DNA of 57,843 nucleotides, the filler included, from Stramenopiles sp. TOSAG23-2 (lineage: Eukaryota): NCBI GenBank assembly GCA_900128395.1. It is 4 parts of 4 records of this genome, joined end to end, with 100 filler letters (N's around TTAATTAATTAA, not from the genome) between each part and the next. Parts side by side here need not be neighbours in the genome. Positions count along the whole stretch, not along the records: positions 1 to 14,417 come from LT649759.1; 3 more parts are not named here. The stretch is one strand, 5' to 3'. Positions 1 through 9,943 of the stretch are shown piece after piece. The notes beneath the pieces were generated by a model. The model made no database searches. It worked only from the letters and a program-made list of their open reading frames with translations, and had not been told where the DNA came from. Position 1 is the first letter of the stretch; each line of letters starts with the position of its first letter. Both the position numbers and the translations under genes were made by a program.

Positions 1-1
1 T

Positions 2-196
2 GATGATAGTGGAATACAAAGTATTATTGATGGATTAAAAACAAACAATACATTAGATTACTTGCACCTATATAATAATCAACTTAGTGATAATATGAAA
101 TCACAATTAGATGCTGTAGAACAATATAAAAAAGATGGATCAAACGGGTATCAACAAGTGGAACAGATGAGGATAGTGACATCAGTATGGTGGTAA
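2..196 (+). CDS. 3' fragment of a leucine-rich-repeat protein (RI/NLRC3-like LRR), truncated at window start
   Basis: Frame 2 translates DDSGIQSIIDGLKTNNTLDYLHLYNNQLSD...VWW* (TAA 194-196). LxxNxTLxxLxLxxNxL matches the RI-like LRR consensus. Not in the ORF track because it has no start. Confidence 0.7.
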   Translation, partial: DDSGIQSIIDGLKTNNTLDYLHLYNNQLSDNMKSQLDAVEQYKKDGSNGYQQVEQMRIVTSVWW

Positions 197-411
197 TTAA
201 TATACGAAGTATATATATTTATATACTACCAACTACAATATCCCTCTATATATTATCCTGGCAATTCTAGCAATAGTTTAATTTTATCAATAATATTTTA
301 AAAATAATGAGCTTCTCTCCACAACAGCACAACACCCTCTCTAAATCACACTCTAAAACTGAAAATACGTCTCGTAAAAAAAGACAAAATGTATTGTGTG
401 CGTGTAAATTT

Positions 412-1566
412 TTAATTATCTTGACAACAAATTGCTAATCTTAATTCATGTGATTGAACTGATACTTGTTTTGCTTTATTTGGCCATACGCGTGTATTTA
501 ACATGAACCAGCCTTGTGCACGAGCAACTTGCAATGCACCAGCATATAATTCTTTTGTCTCGCACAAATGATATGCATCTGGGCAACCTTGTTGTGCTTT
601 TTGGTACGTACATGGCATATTATTACAACCTAACTTTGCAAAATCTGGACCAACAGGGCCTAATGCCCCATGTGCCAATGAATGCATTCTAGCTTCTTCC
701 AAACCTTCATTGTAAACACGTACATCATCTATATAACTTTCCACACCAGTTGCCCCTTTACCACCTAATGTAAATGGGCCATTGTTAAAGCGTACACGTC
801 CACGTAATATTAACATTTGATCTCTGATACCATTAATATATAATCTTGCTTGTTCCCCTTCAAGTACTAAACCAACATGGGTCCAACGTCTTTTTGGTAT
901 GAAGCCAATACTATCAAATCGTTCTTCTTCTTGCCCTTCCGTTTTTACACGGATGTGCAAGCGACGAGATTCTTGATGCAATTGGATCACAGGGGTAGAA
1001 TCATGTAGATCCCCACCTTTACGAATGATATAACGGTACATACCACCACTATCTCCTAATAAATACATCCAAAACGCAACAGTCATTCCTTGCGATTGCA
1101 TAGCTTCTGTGTGTGGCAAGGTAATACCATTTTTACCATCAAACATAGCACTTGCGCCATTTCCACCACGTGCAGGTCCTGGGGTTGGTACTGGATCTGC
1201 GTAACCACCATGTCCAGAACTATCATATCCAGCAATATCATCAAATTGCCACCAACCGACAAGTGTTTTACCATGTGCATCAGCTGCCATCATTTTAGTA
1301 CCGTCACCTAAACATAACGATAAAGGTACTTGCATGCATTCGTTTTCAATGGATGCACCTACTGCTTCTTTCGCTTCTCCTTTTGCATCAACACTAACTT
1401 TTGTACTATCTAACCCAACGCCTAATGCTTGCAATGCATTTGCTTTGCTACTGCTTATACGTTTCCTATCTGCCGTTTGACTGGTTAATAGACTACTATC
1501 CCTATCAATAGCATGTGCTATGTTTAAACTAATAATAGCAATAAATGCTAATAATATAATTTTCAT
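412..1566 (-). CDS. Secreted LamG/concanavalin A-like lectin domain protein with Cys-rich C-terminal module
   Basis: Likely start MKIILLAFIAIISLNIAHA (signal peptide, ATG at 1566). LamG_3 hallmarks LVGWWQFD, MTVAFWMY, RWTHVGLV, LYING and IDDVRVYN. C-terminal C..C...C...YHLC...CC module. Confidence 0.85.
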   Translation of the reverse strand: MKIILLAFIAIISLNIAHAIDRDSSLLTSQTADRKRISSSKANALQALGVGLDSTKVSVDAKGEAKEAVGASIENECMQVPLSLCLGDGTKMMAADAHGKTLVGWWQFDDIAGYDSSGHGGYADPVPTPGPARGGNGASAMFDGKNGITLPHTEAMQSQGMTVAFWMYLLGDSGGMYRYIIRKGGDLHDSTPVIQLHQESRRLHIRVKTEGQEEERFDSIGFIPKRRWTHVGLVLEGEQARLYINGIRDQMLILRGRVRFNNGPFTLGGKGATGVESYIDDVRVYNEGLEEARMHSLAHGALGPVGPDFAKLGCNNMPCTYQKAQQGCPDAYHLCETKELYAGALQVARAQGWFMLNTRVWPNKAKQVSVQSHELRLAICCQDN

Positions 1567-2067
1567 GATTTTGTTGTTGTTAAATATATATATATATATA
1601 AGGAAGGAACAATATTTATATCTGAATGTTCTAACAATACGTGCGTATATATATATATATCTATGTGTATATATCAATCAATATATATATATATATGTAT
1701 GTTAATCTTTTAAATCTATTGTTGTCTCTCTGATCTTGTTCTGAGTTATTGTTAAAGTAAATACATTTATTCATCAAATTACTTGTTTTCTCCTCCTTTT
1801 TGTTTTGTTGCATGTAGCTTACTTCCTTCTTTTTGTTTTTAAATTATGTACTAAGTGGATATATTTGTATACTAAAGATTCCTATTTATTTGATAGAAGT
1901 ATCAGGAATCAGTATACACATGTATGTACTTAATATATTTTAATGTGTACGTAATGCTGTGTCTATTAGCGATTATTCCTCGTATAATGCTATGGTCATA
2001 CTATATGCGTTCAAGTCCGAGACGTAGTAGTGTGTACATCGTAGTGCGGCCATTCCTATTTAATCCG

Positions 2068-2098
2068 CATTCGGACATTCGGAATTCGGACATTCGGA
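2068..2098. repeat. Short tandem repeat, four ATTCGGA copies
   Basis: cattcgga-cattcgga-attcgga-cattcgga, immediately left of the inverted-repeat element. Confidence 0.7.
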
Positions 2099-2105
2099 CC
2101 GCGTC

Positions 2106-2285
2106 TACCTATATGAATAGACCTAACTTGGTATACTAAATATATACTACTTTTTTATTAGTTTTTTTTGATCCGGCTTATGAAGTTTGATAGCATTCCT
2201 GGCCCGCTGGCATTGCATTTCATTCATTCGCGACAAAAACCTAGTATATATTTAGTATACCAATTTATGTCTATTTATATAGGTA
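2106..2285. mobile_element. MITE-like element: 44-bp inverted repeats with TA at both outer ends
   Basis: 2106-2149 TACCTATATGAATAGACCTAACTTGGTATACTAAATATATACTA pairs with the reverse complement of 2242-2285 (3 mismatches in 44). The 92-bp interior has no credible CDS. The outer TA dinucleotides fit a Tc1/mariner-type target duplication. Confidence 0.55.
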
Positions 2286-2738
2286 TATATATTGCCCCAT
2301 TCATAATAGTATTAGGCTGCTATTTCAAGATGAGGAAGGATTTTATCTAAATTCTCTAAGTCGAATGTATCAGTTATATCTGCGGGTGATGGCCTTGAAG
2401 CGGAGAAAGGTTCGGCTCTAATGGTATGCGCCTGTTAATATATTCGAGGCACCCCCCCCAACTTTAACTTTATATATTCTACTACATGTAATTAGATGTA
2501 TCCCACACATGTAGTTACTTTCCATACCTTTCCATGATTATATATATATATTATCCCAGATCCATACTTCTTACTTTCAATACGTCTATCCGATATTTAT
2601 TAGTATATGAACTAATAGAAAGATTGAATGGTACAAAAAGTAGGATAAATATTCTTTTATTATATATATTATTTTTTTTTAGTATTTTCACATTTGTTGT
2701 TTTGGTATTTTATGGATTATTAAAAAAATAATATAATA

Positions 2739-3167
2739 ATGAAACAAGCACGAATATCAAAACGAACATCTTCTTCCCGTAATTCTTCCTATTCCAATCA
2801 ACAACAACATGGTACCAAGTATAATAATTTAAGCGATGCATTAAATAGTATTAGTGGAGGAAATGGTAATTTAGGTATAGGCATGCAGAATAGGCGTAAT
2901 AATAATAATAGTAATAAACATGGATCGTCTTCACGTGGCATAAGAGCGCAGCAAAATAATCGTCGTTTAAATGTGAATAATAATAGTGTAAATATACGTA
3001 ATTCACGACGTATTCCACGTCAACAAAGAAGTCGATTACCAGTATCTCCATTGGATCGACATAGGCAAAAAGGCAACCAAGTCATGTTGGATCAAAGAAT
3101 GACTAGTGCACCGGAACCATATTCTTCAAGTCGTTCTATGCGTAATCGTAGTATGAATAATAACATC

Positions 3168-3202
<35 letters not shown>

Positions 3203-4241
3203 TCTTCAACAACTTCGTAGTAATAGTAGTAGTAGTAAACATGATAATAATGATCTTTTACCACGCCCATCTAGTAGACAAAGATCCTCTAGAAGCAGAA
3301 AACGTGGTAGTAGTATGAATAACAATAGCAATAGAATGCATGGATTTGTAAATAACCAACTTGAAACGAAAAAGCAATTTCCTACTGATGTTATTGGTGG
3401 AGAATTTGGTTTACCTTTTGATAATAAGAATAACAGTGGTGGCATTTCATCATCAGCATCATTTGCTGCTGGTGGTGGTAATGGTGGTGGAAGAACCAAA
3501 AGTAATAACATTAATAATAATGGAAATTCAAAAGATGATGATGTAACTAATTTTTTGAATTCATGGAATAAAATTGGACGTCCAAGGCCTAATACAAGTG
3601 ATCGTGCGTCGCGGATTAAAAGGCAAAATAATGCAAGAAGATCAAAAGGATTAGGACAAACATCTGCTAGAAATGATAAAAATAATAAAAAAAATTTATT
3701 AGTATCTGAAGATATGTTAATTATATCAATGTCACCAATTTCGATTAAAGCAAAAAGCAAAGATGATATTTTTAGATTAGGTGACTTTGATAAAAATGTA
3801 ATTGTAGGTACTGATAATAATAATAACAATAACGATGATAGTAATGCAATGCAATTACCATCATTTGGTGGATATCCTTCTAATAACGGGAAAAATATTT
3901 ATTATGGAAAGGATACAAATAATAGTAGTAATAATGTAGGAGCTAAATTAAATCAAAACAATCAAATACTTCATACGCAATTATTGCAGCCTCCGAGTAA
4001 AAATGAAGAGATATTTGTGAGAAACTTACCAAAAACTGCACGTGCAGGTTTAGATGGTAGACCCGTCAGTCGTGGCCGTTTTCGTAGCTCCAGAGGTTTG
4101 CCATATGGTATACCTGCTGTATCAAATCGTCGGGCACGTACATCAGTTGGTCGATCTAGGAGAAGTAAAATGTCAGATCCAAATGGTTTTTCACCAAGTA
4201 TGATTAAACGTTCCAGGCCATCCACATCAGGTGGGTATTAA
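2739..4241 (+). CDS. Low-complexity N/S/R-rich hypothetical protein with RPxS/T motifs
   Basis: 500-codon ORF with a poly-Asn tract and repeated RPSS/RPNTS/RPVS/RPSTS motifs. No folded domain recognised. The 3' end may be spliced to 4426-4457. Confidence 0.75.
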
Positions 4242-4425
4242 AAAAATATATGAAATAATCGCTCGGTCGAAGACTAATAATATAATATAAGAAAAGCAAG
4301 TGTAGCGCGTCAAAGTTTTAATCATATTTATGTTATATTAAATTTTTATTACACTCAAAAAAGCTGCTCTTGGTTAACATATTATTTCTCATTTTTTCTT
4401 CATCATATATAAATTTTCACTCCAG
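4231..4425 (+). other. Putative phase-1 GT-AG intron
   Basis: CAG|GTGGGT donor at 4231, pyrimidine-rich tract ending TTTTCACTCCAG at 4425. Splicing gives RPSTS-AAPEYRRGTT* (TAA 4455-4457). Confidence 0.45.
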
Positions 4426-4780
4426 CCGCGCCTGAATATCGTCGCGGCACAACTTAAACTCCATCACCATTTTTCAACCGGGCATATATGCACAAATCGC
4501 AAAAACATACTTTTATTGTACTTGTTAGAATACATAAATAAACGCATGGAACTTTTTCGGAAAAAATGATTAAAAAATGTACGCACATTTCTTAATTTTA
4601 AAAAATAATAATATATCAAAGAAAATGTTAGATGCATATCAAAAGATAGATAGGAATCAGAAAAATAATAAATTTATATGTCTCTACGATATATGCTCTC
4701 TAATTTATTTACATATATATAGTTATTGATCTATATACACGTATATATATATACATATATATATAATATAGGTCATCATC

Positions 4781-7390
4781 ATGATGTTTAATGATGATAA
4801 AAAATTTATGGAGTTGGATCAAGAGGATTCAGACATAATATCTCAAAATATTAGTACTACAACTAGACCTATGAAAAATATGTATAATAAAAATAGTAAT
4901 AATAGTATTAAACGTAAGAATGTTAAAGGAGGATCTTCTTCCAAAACAAAAAAGAATAGTAATAAAACCAAGGATATAACAACTATTGAATCCATATGTA
5001 ATTTATTTGAGCGTGTGGAATATACAAAGAAGACAAATGCAATAAAATTAAATAATATTTGTTTTTCCATTCCTAAAGCAGATACTTATGATTTTTCAAG
5101 CAAAGGTATTCGTAAAGGTGATTGCATGGAAATAGTTCATGAGGATAAATCCAACAATACATCAATTAGTTGTATGGGTTATGCCCTGGAAAGTTATAAT
5201 AATAATTATAATATTGACGATGAATTTGGAAGTTATTCACCAAACGAAAATTTTGTAAAGTGTATTATATTGTTACGCCCAGAATCGTTGCCAAAAAAAC
5301 GTTTACCGTGGATGGGACGTCGCGAATTATTTTTAAGTAACTTCATATGTTATGTACCAAGGAATATGATGCAAGACAAAGTTATGGTAACATCTATGGA
5401 AAATTTACCGATAATCAAGGAAAAGAGAAAAAATAAACAATTATATTACTCACGCGTATGCTATGATATTGACAACAAAATATTTTTTGATTACTCCAAT
5501 CTCCAATTTTTGTGCTTATGCGTCCAACCAAAAAATCCAGATCGTGCATTTATTCAATGTAGTTACTTTGATCATGATGGCAATAGAACTGGTTGTGGTG
5601 CATTGTATCATCCGCGATGTGTCGGTACTTCAAGAAAAATTGTGGGTGAGATAGGTTCGTTTAAATGCCCGTTGTGTAAACGTAAAACAAAAGAAAGAAT
5701 GAAAATAGGAAAGACGAAAAAAAAAATGAAGAAAAATCACAATAGTAATAATAATAATGTAAATGATTATAAAACAAATGAGATGGAGGAGGACGATGAT
5801 GAAGTAGTAGAAATGGAAGCAAAGCTAGAAACATTGAGTCGAATTGATCCAACTTCGTTAATGCTTGGATTTGAGCGTTGTCAACGACATCCAAATTGCA
5901 GTAAGCCTAATCGACATCCTGCAAGATGTAAGTTAGATCGTAATATGGATGTTATTAGTAGCAACAATAACAGCAACAGTAATAGTAAAAAGAAAAAAAT
6001 GAGGAAAAAGAATAGTAACAAAAACAATGATGCAAAAAGAACAGGAGAAAACAAGTTAAACATTCATTATGGCAGTATTAGCAGTAATAACAACGGTAAA
6101 ACTATAAAAGGAGATGATAATAGCTTCAAAAAACCATATGTACGTCAAGGTTTTAATTTCCAGGGGCAAGGCAAAGGCTTATTGCGACTTCCTCAAAACT
6201 CCCATCAAGATGATAGTAGTAAAAATAATATGAAGCAAATAAATAATAATAATAATAATATGATGAAGAAGAACTCGAAAGCATTTTCCATGCGAAACAA
6301 TGCATCATCTGAAGCTAATACACCTAGTCGCCGCAAATTTGTAAGAAAATCGCCATCAAATATAAAACAGAGAAAACAAAAGTCGCTTCAATCTTCCATT
6401 GATATTCGTCGCCTATATGATACAACAAATAGACGAGATGGACATAATAATAATAATACTATCATATCAGATAATACTAGTAATAGCAGCAATAATAGTA
6501 GCATCAACATCAATGATGTCCCGTTGAACGATGGATATGGCAATATGGTTGTATCTCCACCTCCATTTTCATGGGCATCTTCTATTGATATGTCTAATCG
6601 CCGAAATGCACCAAAACGGCCGCTTAGTATGAATAGTGTAAGCGATGGTGAAGACAATTTAATACCTGGTATTGCACCATTAGGTTCTATGGAATTTGAT
6701 GAATTGGCAAATATTCCATCATCACCAATGGGAGTACTTCGAGGTGGAATGTCAGAAATGTTTCTTTCGAGTAATAGATCCCAACAGGAACAACAGCAAC
6801 AACAACAACAACAACAACAGCCAAAGAAAGTTATTGATGAAATATTAAATTCTCCATTGACAAAGTACAGCTCACCGACGTTACATAATTTATTTGACGA
6901 AGAGGTACAACCAAATGTTTTTGCATTACCACAATCTTTATTGGGTATCTATACTGGGAAGAAGAAAAGTACTAGAAGTGTGAAAAAAAAGAATAATCTA
7001 TCATCTACAAATAAGAAAAAAGGCAAGGCTGTCAAAAAAGCTAAGAAAACAAGTAACACAGATGGTAGACGAAAAAAATCAATTAAACGTCGTAAAACAA
7101 GTAATAGCTCTAGTAGTGGTAGTGATGGTGGCAATATATCTTCCATGAAAAATAAAACTAACTCAAAAAAGAAAGTAATCAATAATAATAGTAAAAACAA
7201 CAACAACAACAATGGTAATAATAATAATAATAATAATGGCAATACAAAAACACGTAGTTTATTTGGTAAAATTTCCCTTGCCAAAGCAAAACAAAGCAAT
7301 GTGTTGTCAATATTTGATACTTTAAAAAATCCACCACCGTCACCTATTATTAAGGCGCAGAAAGCACCACAAAGTCAAAAAATGATGTAG
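4781..7390 (+). CDS. BAH-PHD chromatin protein (EBS/SHL-like core) with extra CxxxxxCxxxxxHxxxC motif and long basic low-complexity tail
   Basis: BAH-like GDCMEI...LLRPESLP...RELFLSN...KVMV...YYSRVCYD, followed directly by PHD CLCVQPKNPDRAFIQC...GCGALYHPRC...FKCPLC, then CQRHPNCSKPNRHPARC. Many Lys-rich NLS-like tracts. Confidence 0.85.
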   Translation: MMFNDDKKFMELDQEDSDIISQNISTTTRPMKNMYNKNSNNSIKRKNVKGGSSSKTKKNSNKTKDITTIESICNLFERVEYTKKTNAIKLNNICFSIPKADTYDFSSKGIRKGDCMEIVHEDKSNNTSISCMGYALESYNNNYNIDDEFGSYSPNENFVKCIILLRPESLPKKRLPWMGRRELFLSNFICYVPRNMMQDKVMVTSMENLPIIKEKRKNKQLYYSRVCYDIDNKIFFDYSNLQFLCLCVQPKNPDRAFIQCSYFDHDGNRTGCGALYHPRCVGTSRKIVGEIGSFKCPLCKRKTKERMKIGKTKKKMKKNHNSNNNNVNDYKTNEMEEDDDEVVEMEAKLETLSRIDPTSLMLGFERCQRHPNCSKPNRHPARCKLDRNMDVISSNNNSNSNSKKKKMRKKNSNKNNDAKRTGENKLNIHYGSISSNNNGKTIKGDDNSFKKPYVRQGFNFQGQGKGLLRLPQNSHQDDSSKNNMKQINNNNNNMMKKNSKAFSMRNNASSEANTPSRRKFVRKSPSNIKQRKQKSLQSSIDIRRLYDTTNRRDGHNNNNTIISDNTSNSSNNSSININDVPLNDGYGNMVVSPPPFSWASSIDMSNRRNAPKRPLSMNSVSDGEDNLIPGIAPLGSMEFDELANIPSSPMGVLRGGMSEMFLSSNRSQQEQQQQQQQQQQPKKVIDEILNSPLTKYSSPTLHNLFDEEVQPNVFALPQSLLGIYTGKKKSTRSVKKKNNLSSTNKKKGKAVKKAKKTSNTDGRRKKSIKRRKTSNSSSSGSDGGNISSMKNKTNSKKKVINNNSKNNNNNNGNNNNNNNGNTKTRSLFGKISLAKAKQSNVLSIFDTLKNPPPSPIIKAQKAPQSQKMM

Positions 7391-7762
7391 GTACACACAG
7401 GTAGAGTGTGATGATACTAAATAGCATTTTTGAGTGTGATACAGGCATGTATATATGTACACATGTATCATATGATAGGAAAAAATCATCTCCTATATAT
7501 ATATATGCATATGACAAAGGGCGAGGCATAAAAATGAAGAAAGGAGTGTGCAAGCAAAGAGATCTGTCATGTACGAAGTATATTAAAAAAGTTTTTTAGT
7601 ATTTGTATTATATATGTAATGTATTAATGATATATTTTTTATGTACGTATTATTTTTTAAAATAAAAGAGTTGGGTTTTTTTAAAAATAATAAAATTTAA
7701 TAAAATAAGAAATATATTTAACAAAACAACGCGCATATTATACGTTCTAATCAGGCTCTCCT

Positions 7763-8542
7763 TTAATACTTTGCACGCTTAGCTGCTTCTGCTGCAAGCA
7801 TAGCTTCTCTTTTTGCAATACTACGTTGTGTTTTTAAACCAAGTTTTCTGTCACCCCATTTTGGATTTGGTGCATCATTGAAACCAGAAGTACAGATGTT
7901 CACAATGGTATCTAATGCTGCTTGATCAGCTGCTTTTACTTCGGTCAAAGCTACTGCAGTTGCATTTTTCATGTTAACAAGAGAACCTAATCTGGATTTG
8001 TTCTTAACAATGCAATATGGTACACCCATGGATTTGCATAATGCTGGAAGCCATACAACAAGTTCAACTGGGTTAACATCAGATGCGATAGCAACCATTT
8101 TTGCTTTCTTTTTCTCAACCAAGTATGTGATGTGGTTCAATCCACATTTCAAGGTTGGTGGTGGTTTTGAGCTAACACCACTACCACTTTTTGCACTTTC
8201 AGATGCAGCTTGTGCCTTAAGACGTTGTTTTTTTTCTTTTTTGGTCTCTGGGCGATATTTGTTTAAAAGTTTGAACAATTCAGTTGCTTGATTTTTGTTC
8301 AATGCATTATTGAATTGGTTAAGTGCTGGTGGTGTCTTTAAACGTTCCATCAAAACTTTTCTTTGACGTTGTAAACGGATGTACTTTGGCCATTTCACGA
8401 AACGGGATAAGTCACGTTTATGATTTGGTACATCACCACCAATACGGAAACTACGTGGTGCGGATGGAAACATTGGATTTTCTTTAACCGTGGTAGCAGT
8501 GCTTCTGCTTGATTTCTTTTTACCTCCTTTTGATTTTGGCAT
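7763..8542 (-). CDS. RPL7A: 60S ribosomal protein L7a (eL8)
   Basis: KRDLSRFVKWPKYIRLQRQRKVLMERLKTPPALNQF, GLNHITYLVEKKKAK and DVNPVELVVWLPALCKSMGVPYCIVKNKSRLG are diagnostic. Intronless. Confidence 0.98.
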   Translation of the reverse strand: MPKSKGGKKKSSRSTATTVKENPMFPSAPRSFRIGGDVPNHKRDLSRFVKWPKYIRLQRQRKVLMERLKTPPALNQFNNALNKNQATELFKLLNKYRPETKKEKKQRLKAQAASESAKSGSGVSSKPPPTLKCGLNHITYLVEKKKAKMVAIASDVNPVELVVWLPALCKSMGVPYCIVKNKSRLGSLVNMKNATAVALTEVKAADQAALDTIVNICTSGFNDAPNPKWGDRKLGLKTQRSIAKREAMLAAEAAKRAKY

Positions 8543-8910
8543 GATTAATTGATTATTATATTACTAATTATTAATTAAAATTGTTATATATATATATATA
8601 TCTGTTGTATTAACTCTTTTGTTGAAATAAAATTATGAAATACTATCTCTTGATGTCGAACAACTACATATGTTTGTGTTTTGATATATCTATATATTTA
8701 TATAAATATTGATCAAGATCCTTCCTAAATTAACACTACACACTATTGGATTAAAATATGAAACACTCCAGATTTATTTTATATGGTTGGTCTCTCCACA
8801 CCACCAATTTATAGATGAACACAGCATTGTTTATAAACACACCTATCAAATTCGATATATTCTATCAAGTACGATTTTTAGTACCTAAATTTATCCTCTA
8901 CATGCACACA

Positions 8911-9486
8911 GCATTGGACGCCGAGGATATTATTGGCACAGCATAGGACGCCGAGGATATTATTGGCACAGCATAGGACGCCGAGGATGTTATGGGCTCA
9001 GCATTGGACGCCGAGGATATTATTGGCACAGCATAGGACGCCGAGGATATTATTGGCACAGCATAGGACGCCGAGGATGTTATGGGCTCAGCATTGGACG
9101 CCGAGGATATTATTGGCACAGCATAGGACGCCGAGGATATTATTGGCACAGCATAGGACGCCGAGGATGTTATGGGCTCAGCATTGGACGCCGAGGATAT
9201 TATTGGCACAGCATAGGACGCCGAGGATATTATTGGCACAGCATAGGACGCCGAGGATGTTATGGGCTCAGCATTGGACGCCGAGGATATTATTGGCACA
9301 GCATAGGACGCCGAGGATATTATTGGCACAGCATAGGACGCCGAGGATGTTATGGGCTCAGCATTGGACGCCGAGGATATTATTGGCACAGCATAGGACG
9401 CCGAGGATATTATGGGCTCAGCATTGGACGCCGAGGATATTATTGGCACAGCATTGGACGCCGAGGATATTATTGGCTCAGCATTG
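8911..9486. repeat. 30-bp minisatellite (19 units) with 90-bp higher-order repeat
   Basis: Unit GCATWGGACGCCGAGGATRTTATKGGCWCA. Variants A-B-C repeat exactly five times (8911-9360), followed by four more units. About 50% GC in an AT-rich background. Confidence 0.95.
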
Positions 9487-9943
9487 CTTTTTGTATTGTT
9501 GCTATTATTTTTGTTTTTTGGACAGAAGGAAAGCGTGGGGCTGATGCTGTGTGATGCTAACTATGTTAAATTACTGTTATTTCATTTACATAAGGGTTCT
9601 CGTGATAAAATAAAATATCCGAATATAAACATACAAATTATACATATATTTTAATTCTAATTCTGTTCCTTTTTTCATACTCTTTTCTCCGTTCCAGTAC
9701 TGTGTGTCTGCTGTTGTTTTGAGGAGGTTCCCTTTTTGTAAAATTGAGATGAAAAAGGAGGAGATTTTGCTCAATTGGATAAAAACATAGATTGTGACAA
9801 AGACGATTTGGAACTAAAACAAGGCATATATATACATATATATACAGAGAAATACATCCTTGTGTGTGTTTGCTTGGTTCAGTATTTTATCATAGTAATA
9901 GGAATATTATATTATATTATAATATTTACATATACATATCATC

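Noticed and set aside
1567..1677. N-terminal extension of the LamG ORF in the ORF track
   Set aside because: It translates (TA)n-rich UTR-like DNA. The signal peptide begins at the ATG at 1566.
2380..2460. GC-richer stretch considered as a possible snRNA, RNase P or tRNA
   Set aside because: I could not find a cloverleaf, Sm site or correctly ordered conserved boxes. An Infernal/Rfam scan would be needed.
8911..9420. TTG/TAG alternation in the ALDAEDIIG frame as a sign of stop-codon reassignment
   Set aside because: TAG, TAA and TGA all terminate genes here (for example TAG at 7390, 38981 and 46226), and long genes have no in-frame stops, so the standard code applies.
8898..9544. ORFs on both strands over the 30-bp array, and a CRISPR-like appearance
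   Set aside because: Open frames follow automatically from a repeat period divisible by 3. Units are contiguous with no unique spacers, there are no cas genes, and the context is eukaryotic.
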